Shown here: positions 8,787 through 17,191 of the stretch, piece after piece
How the letters are laid out: every line of letters begins with the position of its first letter
Numbering within the stretch: the first letter of the stretch is position 1
Assembly: GCA_964555955.1 (NCBI GenBank)
Contig: CAZKUM010000002.1
Coordinates: 1 to 30,368 of the forward strand
Length of the DNA stretch: 30,368 bases
From: an uncultured Candidatus Saccharibacteria bacterium
Lineage (GTDB): Bacteria > Patescibacteriota > Minisyncoccia > Minisyncoccales > Staskawiczbacteraceae
Reading direction: 5' to 3'
The notes under the pieces: model-generated
Database searches by the model: none
What the model saw: only the letters and a program-made list of their open reading frames with translations
What the model was told of the DNA's origin: nothing
Program-made: the position numbers and the translations under genes

Positions 8787-8815
8787 ATCATATCATTTTT
8801 CAATGAAGATGTCAA
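8787..8815 (-). promoter_or_regulatory. Promoter of the 125-aa orphan, overlapping the miaA 3' end
   Basis: On the minus strand: TTGACA (8815-8810), 17 bp spacer, TG-A-TATGAT (-10 at 8792-8787). Confidence 0.7.
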
Positions 8816-9770
8816 TAGCGTGTATGATTTTTTTATAATCGTCCATCCAATTTATTTTTTTATCTTTTTTAAACCATGTCATCTGCCGCTTTGCATAATG
8901 CCAGGTATTTGCTTTTATAATTTCTGATGCCTGCTCTAATGTTGTTTTTTTACCCGCCCCGTTTTTTTCGGGGTTTAAATATTCAATTATTTCGCGGTAT
9001 CCAATGGCGTCAAAGGCTTGTTGATAGCCGCCAGCCTCGACGCTAGGCGGGTATTTTTTTATTAAATTTTTTACTTCTTTGACTAATCCGTTTTTTATCA
9101 TTTCGTCAACGCGCTGATTTATGCGTTTTTGTAATTCTTCTTTGGGAACTGAAATTCCAATTTCCAAAACGTCAAAAATTGGGTTTCCTTGTTTTCTTTG
9201 CAGAGAAAATGGTTTTTTAGTTAAAAGGGTGACTTCTAAAGCCCTTATAACTCTTCGTGGGTTTTTTGGGTCAACAATATAAGCTGATTCAGGGTCAAGT
9301 TTTATTAGTTTTTTAAAAACGTAATTTAATCCATATTTTTCTATATCTTTTTCAATTTTTACCCGCAAAAAAGGATCTGGCTTAACTTTTGGAATATCAA
9401 GATTTTCGGCTACCGCCTTTATATAAAGCCCTGTGCCGCCAACTAAAATTGGCAGTTTATTTCTTTTTAAAATTTGGTTTATTTTTTGTACAGCGTCATT
9501 TTTGTATTCGGCTACTGTATAATTTTGATTTGGTTTTTTAATGTCTAAAAGCCAGTGGGGAACTTTGCATTGTTCTTTTTTTGTGGGCTTTGCAGTGCCA
9601 ATGTCCATGCCTTTGTAAATTTGCCTTGAATCAGCCGAAACCACCTCTGCGCCGTTAATGCCAAGTTTTTTAAATCGTTGCCCTTCGGCTATGCTCAGGG
9701 CCAATTTGACGGACAAATTGGTTTTCCCAGACGCAGTTGGCCCTAAAATTACAATTAATTTATTTTTCAT
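8793..9770 (-). CDS. miaA: tRNA dimethylallyltransferase (start probably ATG 9770), with three palindromic inserts
   Basis: ILGPTASGKT, VSADSRQIYKGMDIGTAKP, LVGGTGLY, RRVIRALEV, AIGYRE and YAKRQMTWF. Confidence 0.97.
   Translation of the reverse strand: MKNKLIVILGPTASGKTNLSVKLALSIAEGQRFKKLGINGAEVVSADSRQIYKGMDIGTAKPTKKEQCKVPHWLLDIKKPNQNYTVAEYKNDAVQKINQILKRNKLPILVGGTGLYIKAVAENLDIPKVKPDPFLRVKIEKDIEKYGLNYVFKKLIKLDPESAYIVDPKNPRRVIRALEVTLLTKKPFSLQRKQGNPIFDVLEIGISVPKEELQKRINQRVDEMIKNGLVKEVKNLIKKYPPSVEAGGYQQAFDAIGYREIIEYLNPEKNGAGKKTTLEQASEIIKANTWHYAKRQMTWFKKDKKINWMDDYKKIIHAIDIFIEK
8957..8973. repeat. Hairpin within miaA (encodes PEKNG)
   Basis: CCCCG-TTTTTTT-CGGGG. Confidence 0.5.
9028..9050. repeat. 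Palindromic element within miaA (encodes PPSVEAGG)
   Basis: CCGCC-AGC-CTCGAC-GCT-A-GGCGG. Confidence 0.75.
9680..9701. repeat. Palindromic element within miaA (encodes ALSIAEGQ)
   Basis: GCCCTTCGGCTATGCTCAGGGC; a variant of 6533-6551, in the opposite orientation relative to its host gene. Confidence 0.8.
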
Positions 9771-11037
9771 TAATAATTTCGCCATTTAAGATAAACGGAT
9801 AGGCTTCGGTAATTTTTACCTTAACTAATTTTCCTAAAAGGTTTTTTGCAGATGCTATTTTTATTGTTTTATAGTGTTCGTTTTTGCCAAACCAATTTTC
9901 GCCTCTTTGACTATCTATTAAAACTATTGTTTCTTTGCCAATTATTTTTTTGTTTTTTTCCAAAGCAGTTTGTTTTAAAATTTCTGTTAAAACTTTTTCC
10001 CTGCGTTTTTTTTCAATAATTAAAACATTGTCTTTTAATTTGGCGGCGGCAGTGCCGGCTCTGGGCGAGTATTTATTTATATATGCCATATCAAACTTAA
10101 TTTCGCGGAATAATTTTGCAGTATTTTCAAACTGTTTTTTTGTTTCGCCAGGAAACCCCACAATAATATCTGTTGATATAGAAATATCTGGAATTTTTTC
10201 TCTTAATTTTTTAATTTTATTTTTATAGTCTTTTACAGTGTAATGCCTGTTCATTAATTTTAAAACCTTATCATCGCCGGCTTGCACTGGCAAATTTAAG
10301 TAAGGCGTAATTTTGCCCTGCCTACCGGCAGGCAGGCTCCAGTTTGCCATTGCATTTATAACTTCGTCGGTAAAATCTTTTGGGTGGCTTGAAGTAAACC
10401 TTATCCAAAACTTTCCTTTGATATTATTTACTATTTTCAAAAGCTCTGCAAAAGTTATTTTACCATCTTTATAACTATTAACGTTTTGCCCCAAAAGCCA
10501 GATTTCTTTATAGCCCTCACTAATAAGATTTTTTATTTCTGAAATTATTTCTTCTGCCGGACGTGAGATTTCACGTTCGCGAGTGTAGGGAACAACGCAA
10601 TATGCGCAAAAATTATTGCAGCCTGTCATTATTGGCACATTAGCTGAAAATTTATTTGAATATTTTGGGGCGATATTTAAATAATCGCTCGGCAGGTTTT
10701 TAAAAATTTGTTGCCCCGCTAAAATATTAGGAAGTTCTGTAATATTTTTTATATCTAAAATATAGTCAAAAATTTCTTCAAATTTTTTCTTGTCTTTTTT
10801 TAGCACGCATCCGGTTAAAACAGTTACTGGTTTATTTTTCTTTTGTTTGAGTTTTTCGACAAGGCCATAAATTCTGTTTATGGCAGATTGCCTTACCGAG
10901 CAGGCATTAATTACAACCAAATTTGCATCAGCCATATCTTTGGCAGGTTTGTATTTTAAGTTTTCTAAAACTGCGGCAATTCTTTCAGAATCCGATATAT
11001 TCATCTGGCATCCGTATGTTATAACGTGATATTTCAT
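9760..11037 (-). CDS. miaB: tRNA-i6A37 methylthiotransferase
   Basis: ITYGCQMN, NACSVRQSA, radical-SAM motif GCNNFCAYCVVPYTRERE, LLGQNVNSY, DIIVGFPGET and a C-terminal TRAM domain. Confidence 0.96.
   Translation of the reverse strand: MKYHVITYGCQMNISDSERIAAVLENLKYKPAKDMADANLVVINACSVRQSAINRIYGLVEKLKQKKNKPVTVLTGCVLKKDKKKFEEIFDYILDIKNITELPNILAGQQIFKNLPSDYLNIAPKYSNKFSANVPIMTGCNNFCAYCVVPYTREREISRPAEEIISEIKNLISEGYKEIWLLGQNVNSYKDGKITFAELLKIVNNIKGKFWIRFTSSHPKDFTDEVINAMANWSLPAGRQGKITPYLNLPVQAGDDKVLKLMNRHYTVKDYKNKIKKLREKIPDISISTDIIVGFPGETKKQFENTAKLFREIKFDMAYINKYSPRAGTAAAKLKDNVLIIEKKRREKVLTEILKQTALEKNKKIIGKETIVLIDSQRGENWFGKNEHYKTIKIASAKNLLGKLVKVKITEAYPFILNGEIINEK
10317..10336. repeat. Palindromic element within miaB (encodes LPAGRQG)
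   Basis: CCTGCCT-ACCGGC-AGGCAGG, with perfect 7-bp arms. Confidence 0.85.
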
Positions 11038-11048
11038 GAAGCTAATAA

Positions 11049-11093
11049 TACAACAAAAAAACAGCTTCGTAAAGGAGCTGTTTTTTTGTTGTA
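11049..11093. terminator. Long bidirectional terminator-like inverted repeat
   Basis: TACAACAAAAAAACAGCT / AGCTGTTTTTTTGTTGTA, perfect 18-bp arms. Confidence 0.85.
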
Positions 11094-11095
11094 TC

Positions 11096-12271
11096 TTACT
11101 GAGCGCTTGTCGTATTTGGATTTAGAATATTCTGCAGGGCCTTTGTGCATTCTTCTTTTTCTTCAAAAGTTCTAAGAGTTTGGTACATATATGCTCCGCA
11201 GAATTCTTTTTCTTGGCAAGTTCGGTTATCTTTATCAAACCACCAAAGGTCTTCGCATTCAGTTTTTACATCTCCGCATTTGCCTTCTGAGGCAATTTTC
11301 GTTCCGGCGGCTTTCGCTAAACATTCGTTGCCGTATGTTACTCCGTCTTTGCCGCATACTGGCTCATATTCTTGTGTGCAAATTTTTTGTTCTGAACGGG
11401 TTAAACAATTAAATCCCGTAATGCATTCTTTTCCATCCCTTTGCATTTTTATTATGCCATTTTTACAGAAATCAGCAACCGGTTTTGAAACAACGGGACA
11501 ATTTTTTTCTGCATTTTTTTCTGTCGCTTTTTCTATTAATTTATCGTTTACTTTTTCTCTAACGTTTTCTTTTATGTCATCTAATTTTTGCTTTATATCA
11601 TCTGGCATTTTTTCTTTTATCTTATCTAAAATATCAGTATTAATCGCATCTCCATTTTGCAGAGATTCTTTTATCTTATTTATGATTTGGTCTTTATTAT
11701 CCTGAAGTCTTGTCATCACATCCTTGAATTTTTCTAAATGCTGTTCTCTTGCTTCTTTAATTTTTTCGAATGCTGCCTCTGGCACTTGCCCTTCAAGCTT
11801 TTGGAGAATTTTTTCTTGCAACACCTGCTGATTCGTAAATTTATCTAAAAAATTATTTACTTCTTGATTGTTGTCCGCCTTATCTTTTATTTCATCAGCT
11901 GCGTTTTTTACCTTGTCTAAAGCCTCTTTATAGTTTTCTATGGCATCTTTTATTTTTTCTGAGTCAGCTCCATTGTCAGACATTTTTTGCAATTCAATTA
12001 TTTTTTCATTCGTAAATTTGTTTTCAAGTTCCGCTTTTTTTACTTTGTTGATAGTAAAAAATAATTGAATTCCTCTGCCCCAATTTTTTAAAAAATAAAA
12101 AGGGCTGTCTGGTAAAATGTTTTGGTTGCTTACTCCAAGGTCTGTTGGCAAAACCTGAACGCTATCTTGAGTTGTTGTTGTTGAATTAGTTTGCGCATTT
12201 ATTACGCCAGAAAAACTAATAAAAGTTAAGCAAACTGCCGCTAATAATATTATCGTTAATTTATTTTTCAT
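11096..12271 (-). CDS. Exported protein with a DUF5667-like helical region, a Kazal-type domain and a C-terminal Cys module
   Basis: N-terminal signal/TM segment; LPDSPFYFLKNW; charged helical middle; Kazal pattern CTQEYEPVCGKDGVTYGNECLA...EGKC. Confidence 0.8.
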   Translation of the reverse strand: MKNKLTIILLAAVCLTFISFSGVINAQTNSTTTTQDSVQVLPTDLGVSNQNILPDSPFYFLKNWGRGIQLFFTINKVKKAELENKFTNEKIIELQKMSDNGADSEKIKDAIENYKEALDKVKNAADEIKDKADNNQEVNNFLDKFTNQQVLQEKILQKLEGQVPEAAFEKIKEAREQHLEKFKDVMTRLQDNKDQIINKIKESLQNGDAINTDILDKIKEKMPDDIKQKLDDIKENVREKVNDKLIEKATEKNAEKNCPVVSKPVADFCKNGIIKMQRDGKECITGFNCLTRSEQKICTQEYEPVCGKDGVTYGNECLAKAAGTKIASEGKCGDVKTECEDLWWFDKDNRTCQEKEFCGAYMYQTLRTFEEKEECTKALQNILNPNTTSAQ

Positions 12272-12312
12272 AGAATATTTTTATTAAATATTATTATAAG
12301 TTATCGACCTTT

Positions 12313-13935
12313 TTAGCGAATTTCTTCCTTTTTTTCTTTTATAAAATATCGCCATCTTTCTAAAAATTCAACGAAAACAGAAAATGGCATATCAATTAAA
12401 GCATTAAAAAAGGTGGCAATAGCGTTATATTGTTTCCATGTGTTAGAAAGCCATTGTCCTATTCCGGTTATCGGCAGCAACAAAACATCCGACATAAAAC
12501 TGAAAAAACTTTCTGGCCTTTCTTCAATAGTTAGTTCTTCTGCCCGTTTTCTAATTGCAGTTCCGGCAAAAAGTATTAAAGTGATAAATACTATATTTAT
12601 TATAATTGAAGTGATGGGGAATTTAAAGAAGCTAAAAATCCAAATAATTGTTCCAAGCGACACTACGGCTCCCAGCGCATAAAAAATAGAAATAATTAAT
12701 CTTGTGAAAAATCCCCGTTTTTTTTGTATTTTTATTTCGTATGTGTCTATTTTTTCTTTTTGATATGCAATTTTCATTGTTTCCATTACAGCTATGCTTA
12801 AGTTTCTGTTAGAAGGTTTTTTTATTGTTGCAACTAAAATAAACATTAAAATAGTTGGTATTAAAACGTCTGCTGCCAATAAAATAAAATTAAGGTGCCC
12901 TGTTAGCATTTCAGATAACAACACTTCCAATAATACCAAAGATAAAACTTTAGTTAAAAAAATAGATAAAGTTGAATAAATAGCCGCCCTTTGAAGCCTT
13001 GCTTTAAGCGTGGATAATCTTTTACCATAAGATGATTTTATTAAACTTTCTAATACAGCAGGATCTTGGATTTTTCTGCCTATTTCTGCCGGGTTGTCAG
13101 TAGACAATATATCTCCCAATAATAAGTATGGAGTATCGTATTTTTCGCATATTGCATAGAATTTTTTTAAAAGCGGGTGATTTAATTCTCTTTCTATTTT
13201 ATTCCATATTTTATAAACATTTTGGGCGATTTTAAAAAGTAAATCTTCACCATTTTCATGCCAGTTTGGATATTTATGCGTTATAAGATTGTAATTTATA
13301 ATAGGTTTGTCCAGTTTAAAAAGAGCCTGCTGAACAGCAATGTAAATTTGAGTATCTTCGTCCTCTTTTTTTAACAAGCCTCTTTCAAAAATATTTTCGT
13401 TTACTTTTATTCTTTCTTTCATTAACTCAAACATATAATCTATTAAAGCTCTTTCTTTTATGGCGGGAACTAAAATTTCTTCTATTTCACAGGCAGTAAT
13501 TTCTAAAAGCCAGTTATAAAATTGCAATCCGGCTTTACCTTTTTTATTTTCCGGGCTGTTTTTTAAAATAAAAACATATTTGTCTATTACTTTTTGAACA
13601 TCAATAATTTTTGACTCTTCAATTTTGTCGTTTAAAAAGTGGCCTCCGCGGATTAACTCTAAAACCAAGGGTTCTGCTATTTGCTCGTCTGGCGAAAAAT
13701 TACTTAGCTCTAAATCAAAAAATCTTCTTTTTAATTTTCTGATAATAGCCGCTCTTCGCATTAAGTGCTCTTCTTTCCAGTCAACTATTGTTCTTATGTG
13801 CTCGTAAAAAGCGGCAACCCTTAGGGCAACTTCGTCAACGTGTATTGTTAAAACGCCTTCTTTGGGTTTTAAAGACTGCTGCCAAAGATTATATTTTGAG
13901 ATTAAATTTTTTGTTGCCGCAGAAAGTTCTGCCAT
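12313..13935 (-). CDS. Hypothetical integral membrane protein, 540 aa, soluble N-terminal part and about 4 C-terminal TM helices
   Basis: Long ORF with host-like codon usage, 4 nt downstream of thrS, with hydrophobic helices in the last ~200 aa. Confidence 0.85.
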   Translation of the reverse strand: MAELSAATKNLISKYNLWQQSLKPKEGVLTIHVDEVALRVAAFYEHIRTIVDWKEEHLMRRAAIIRKLKRRFFDLELSNFSPDEQIAEPLVLELIRGGHFLNDKIEESKIIDVQKVIDKYVFILKNSPENKKGKAGLQFYNWLLEITACEIEEILVPAIKERALIDYMFELMKERIKVNENIFERGLLKKEDEDTQIYIAVQQALFKLDKPIINYNLITHKYPNWHENGEDLLFKIAQNVYKIWNKIERELNHPLLKKFYAICEKYDTPYLLLGDILSTDNPAEIGRKIQDPAVLESLIKSSYGKRLSTLKARLQRAAIYSTLSIFLTKVLSLVLLEVLLSEMLTGHLNFILLAADVLIPTILMFILVATIKKPSNRNLSIAVMETMKIAYQKEKIDTYEIKIQKKRGFFTRLIISIFYALGAVVSLGTIIWIFSFFKFPITSIIINIVFITLILFAGTAIRKRAEELTIEERPESFFSFMSDVLLLPITGIGQWLSNTWKQYNAIATFFNALIDMPFSVFVEFLERWRYFIKEKKEEIR

Positions 13936-13939
13936 AAAA

Positions 13940-15670
13940 TTATTTTTTGCTATTTATTTCCTTTATAATTTTTTCAACGAACTTATTTGGAGCCATAGTT
14001 CCGATATCCCCCTTACCGCGTTCTCTAACTGAAACCGCATTTGCAGAAACTTCTTTATCACCCAAAATTAAAAGATAAGGGATTTTTTGCATTTCAGCTT
14101 CGCGGATTTTTTTGCCTAAAGTTTCATTTTCATATTTCAATTCAATGCGTATATTTTTTTCTTTTAATTCTTTTTCAATTTTTTTTGCATATTCAAAATG
14201 TTTTTCAGAAATTGGGATTACGCTAACCTGAACAGGGGATAGCCATAATGGAAACGCCCCGGCATAATGCTCTATTAAAATTCCAAAAAATCTTTCAGGC
14301 GAGCCTACAATGGCCCGATGTATCATTACAGGAGTTTTTTCTTTGCCATCTGAATCTGTATATTTTAAGCCAAATCTTTCGGGCATTATAAAATCAAGCT
14401 GTATTGTTGAAAGCTGCCATTCTCTGCCCAGAGAATCTCTAGAAATTAAATCCATTTTTGGTCCGTAAATTGCAGCTTCGCCTTCTGCTTTAAAATATTC
14501 AATTTTATTTTCAACTAAAATTTCCTCAAGCAATTGCTGGGATTTTTTCCATGTTTTTGCATCGCCTAAATATTTTTCAGGATGTTTTTGATCCCACAAA
14601 GAAAGCCTGATTTTATAATTCATTCCAAATGTTTTCATTGCTTTTTCTACTATTAAAAGCACTGATTTAAATTCGTCTTTTATCTGGTCTTCGCGGCAGA
14701 AGCAGTGGCCGTCATCTTGCCTAAACCCGCGCAGCCTCGAAAGCCCAGAAAGCTCGCCGGTTTTTTCGTCTCTATAAAGCATAGAAAAATCAGCAATTCT
14801 TATAGGTAAATCTTTGTAACTTTTTGGTTTTGCTGCAAAAATTTGGGTATGTTGAGGGCAATTCATCGGCTTTAAAAAATATTCTTCTTTTGTGTAGTGA
14901 GAGTGTACCAAAAACATATCGTCTTTATATTTTTCATAGTGACCAGAAACCTTAAAAAGTTCTGCGCGGTTCATGTTCGGCGTTTGCACTTCTTGATATC
15001 CAATTCCTTTTTGAAGCTCGTTGCAATAATTTTTAATTTCATCTAAAACAGCAACGCCTTTAAAAGTATAAAGAGGAAGCCCCGGCCCAACTAATTCTGA
15101 AAAAACAAATAAGTCTAATTTTTCACCCAGTTTTCTGTGGTCGCGTTTTTCTGCCTCTTCTTGCATTTTTGAATAATCTTGCAATTCTTTTTCAGTTTCA
15201 AAAGCTAAACCATAAATTCTTGTCAGCATTTTATTTTTTTCATTTCCCTTCCAGTAAGCTCCGGAAATTTTTGTAAGCTTAAAAGTTTTTAAATTTATTT
15301 CGCTAGTATTTTTTACATGAGGCCCTTTGCACAAATCTGTAAAATTACCGTTAATGTAAATTGAAACATTTTTGCCCGGCAATTCTTTTATTAGTTCTAA
15401 TTTATATGGCTGGCCTGCAAACAATTTTTTTGCTTTTATTTTTGAAATTTCTTCTTTTTCAAATTTTTGGTTTTGTAAAATCAACTGGCGCATTTTTTCT
15501 TCAATTTTTTTTAGGTCGTTTGGCTCAGATGGTTTTGTCAATTGAAAATCGTAATAAAAACCGTTTTCAATTGCCGGCCCTATTCCTAATTTCGTTTTAG
15601 GCCAAAATTCTAAAACTGCTTGCGCCATAATATGCGATAGGGAATGGCGTATATTTTCTATATTTTTCAT
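13940..15670 (-). CDS. thrS: Threonine--tRNA ligase (start probably ATG 15670; lacks the N-terminal TGS domain)
   Basis: RHSLSHIMAQAV, GPAIENGFYYDF, DLCKGPHV, RDHRKLG, KPMNCP, QLSTIQLDF and HRAIVGSPERF. Confidence 0.98.
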   Translation of the reverse strand: MKNIENIRHSLSHIMAQAVLEFWPKTKLGIGPAIENGFYYDFQLTKPSEPNDLKKIEEKMRQLILQNQKFEKEEISKIKAKKLFAGQPYKLELIKELPGKNVSIYINGNFTDLCKGPHVKNTSEINLKTFKLTKISGAYWKGNEKNKMLTRIYGLAFETEKELQDYSKMQEEAEKRDHRKLGEKLDLFVFSELVGPGLPLYTFKGVAVLDEIKNYCNELQKGIGYQEVQTPNMNRAELFKVSGHYEKYKDDMFLVHSHYTKEEYFLKPMNCPQHTQIFAAKPKSYKDLPIRIADFSMLYRDEKTGELSGLSRLRGFRQDDGHCFCREDQIKDEFKSVLLIVEKAMKTFGMNYKIRLSLWDQKHPEKYLGDAKTWKKSQQLLEEILVENKIEYFKAEGEAAIYGPKMDLISRDSLGREWQLSTIQLDFIMPERFGLKYTDSDGKEKTPVMIHRAIVGSPERFFGILIEHYAGAFPLWLSPVQVSVIPISEKHFEYAKKIEKELKEKNIRIELKYENETLGKKIREAEMQKIPYLLILGDKEVSANAVSVRERGKGDIGTMAPNKFVEKIIKEINSKK

Positions 15671-15678
15671 AGTAATAC

Positions 15679-15707
15679 TTGACACGATTAATTTTATATG
15701 ATATTAT
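15679..15707 (+). promoter_or_regulatory. Promoter of the 66-aa orphan, divergent from thrS
   Basis: TTGACA (15679-15684), 17 bp spacer, TG-A-TATTAT (-10 at 15702-15707). Confidence 0.75.
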
Positions 15708-15754
15708 TAATATAATAAGGTAAAGTGATTTTTCACAATTTTTGGAGAAAAACC

Positions 15755-15955
15755 ATGACTAAGGCTAAAGCTAAGGTTTTCAGCCAAGAAGAGGTGATAG
15801 AAGTCAGAGGGCCTAATTTGGGAAAACTTGAACAACGACTTGACTCGTTGAATCCTCAAGACAGAGGCTTAGAGCTCAAAAGAGCAGGAGCAGATGGAGA
15901 CGATTTCGTTTTCAAGTTTACACAGGCCAACCAGCCTTCCAAACAGCCCCAGTAG
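15755..15955 (+). CDS. Hypothetical protein, 66 aa
   Basis: GGAG SD before ATG 15755, its own promoter and terminator. Confidence 0.65.
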   Translation: MTKAKAKVFSQEEVIEVRGPNLGKLEQRLDSLNPQDRGLELKRAGADGDDFVFKFTQANQPSKQPQ

Positions 15956-15978
15956 GTCCCGTTAACTCGGGGGCACAT

Positions 15979-16017
15979 GCGCCAAGGTTTGTTTTACAGA
16001 CCGCGGCGCCTTTTTTT
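15979..16017 (+). terminator. Intrinsic terminator
   Basis: GCGCC-AA-GGTTTGT-TTT-ACAGACC-GC-GGCGC followed by T7. Confidence 0.75.
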
Positions 16018-16057
16018 ATTTCTTAATCTTACCATCTTTATTTTTATCAAGAAAGTC

Positions 16058-16086
16058 TTGACAAAAGTATATTATAGGTGTATCAT
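16058..16086 (+). promoter_or_regulatory. Promoter of the 107-aa membrane-anchored orphan
   Basis: TTGACA (16058-16063), 17 bp spacer, TATCAT (16081-16086). Confidence 0.75.
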
Positions 16087-16164
16087 TAAATATAGCACAC
16101 AATAGGTTTTTTTCTGCCAAGCTTGTGCAAAAGCAGACAAAGGCCAAACCATAGGAGGTCTATT

Positions 16165-16488
16165 ATGGACAGTCTTACTAAGTATGTAATTGTCGTTACT
16201 ACCTTTTTATGCGTCGTTTGTGTTGTGGCGCTTGTTGTGTTAGACAGCAAGCGCACAGATCAACCCCTGCATCAGGAATCAGCTAAGGTGGAAAGCGACC
16301 AGGGGTATCAAGATGAGGCTGACAAGATTGTTAGCCAGATTAGGTACATTAAGGATGAGCGAACCGAAATATGTTTTGCCTATATCTTGGATGAACAGGG
16401 GAAGATTCAGTTTTTCACCTGTGTGCCAAGCAATATGGTTCAACCAACGTTGCTCAAGATTGGCAAGACTGAGGGAAAACAGCCCTAA
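16165..16488 (+). CDS. Membrane-anchored hypothetical protein, 107 aa
   Basis: AGGAGG SD before ATG 16165; N-terminal TM helix; C-terminal IRYIKDERTEICFAY...FTCVP module. Confidence 0.75.
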   Translation: MDSLTKYVIVVTTFLCVVCVVALVVLDSKRTDQPLHQESAKVESDQGYQDEADKIVSQIRYIKDERTEICFAYILDEQGKIQFFTCVPSNMVQPTLLKIGKTEGKQP

Positions 16489-16518
16489 ACGATAAAGGTC
16501 TAAGCAGGCCAACTGCTT

Positions 16519-16546
16519 ACCGCGTTGAGAAATACGCGGTTTTTTT
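16519..16546 (+). terminator. Intrinsic terminator, preceded by a second hairpin at 16502-16518
   Basis: ACCGCGT-TGAGAAAT-ACGCGGT followed by a T-tract; AAGCAG-GCCAA-CTGCTT lies upstream. Confidence 0.8.
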
Positions 16547-16559
16547 ATGTTTTGTGCTG

Positions 16560-16582
16560 AAAATTGACGGTCGTCAATAAAT
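16560..16582. repeat. Palindromic direct repeat, copy 1, upstream of the PaaX/Cas2-like gene
   Basis: AAAATTGACGGTCGTCAATAAAT, with core palindrome ATTGACG-GT-CGTCAAT. Confidence 0.92.
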
Positions 16583-16610
16583 TGACACTAAAGAATTAAG
16601 AGGCTATTAT
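16582..16610 (+). promoter_or_regulatory. Promoter of the PaaX/Cas2-like gene
   Basis: TTGACA (16582-16587), 17 bp spacer, TATTAT (16605-16610); abuts repeat copy 1. Confidence 0.75.
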
Positions 16611-16625
16611 AAATATAAAAATAAA

Positions 16626-17177
16626 ATGTCTGATTTAAAAGAAAAAATATTATTATCGCTTTTGGCTGGAATTGCATTTGGATGTGCAGTTACTCCTAGC
16701 CAGCAGAACAGAGTTTTAAAATCGTTTGCCAAAATTTGGGGTACTAATAATAAAGAAATTTCAAAGGAATTAAGGACTCTGAAGCGAAATCAATTAATTA
16801 AAAAGATTATCCGAAAAGACGAATCTACATATAATTTAGAATTGACCGAAAAAGGTAAACTAAAAGCATTAGATTATTATTTTTTCAGAAAATTAAAAAT
16901 TAAAGATAAAAAATGGGACGGCAAATGGCGTATGCTGATTTTTGATGTGCCAGAGCGTTTACGCAACGGAAGAAATGCCTTGAGATGGAAAATTAAGAAA
17001 TTGGGGTTTTATGAATTGCAAAAAAGTGTTTTTATAATTCCTTATGAATGCAAAAAAGAAATAGATTTTGTTGTTCATTATTTCAATTTAAAACAGTATG
17101 TTTATTATGGTATTTTTGAGATAGGGGACGAAAGAACAAATAAAAAATTAATGAAAACATTCCAAATCACAGATTAA
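16626..17177 (+). CDS. PaaX-like protein: winged-helix-like region plus a Cas2/VapD-like domain, with no CRISPR context
   Basis: LRTLKRNQLI...LELTEKG (wing), WDGKWRMLIFDVPE, RNALRWKIKKLGFYELQKSVF. Confidence 0.85.
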   Translation: MSDLKEKILLSLLAGIAFGCAVTPSQQNRVLKSFAKIWGTNNKEISKELRTLKRNQLIKKIIRKDESTYNLELTEKGKLKALDYYFFRKLKIKDKKWDGKWRMLIFDVPERLRNGRNALRWKIKKLGFYELQKSVFIIPYECKKEIDFVVHYFNLKQYVYYGIFEIGDERTNKKLMKTFQITD

Positions 17178-17191
17178 AGTGTAGGTGTACA

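Noticed and set aside
12304-12313. AAAAGGTCGA motif on the minus strand upstream of the Kazal-domain gene
   Set aside because: It could be a lineage-specific leader motif, but it occurs once in the window, so it cannot be supported here.
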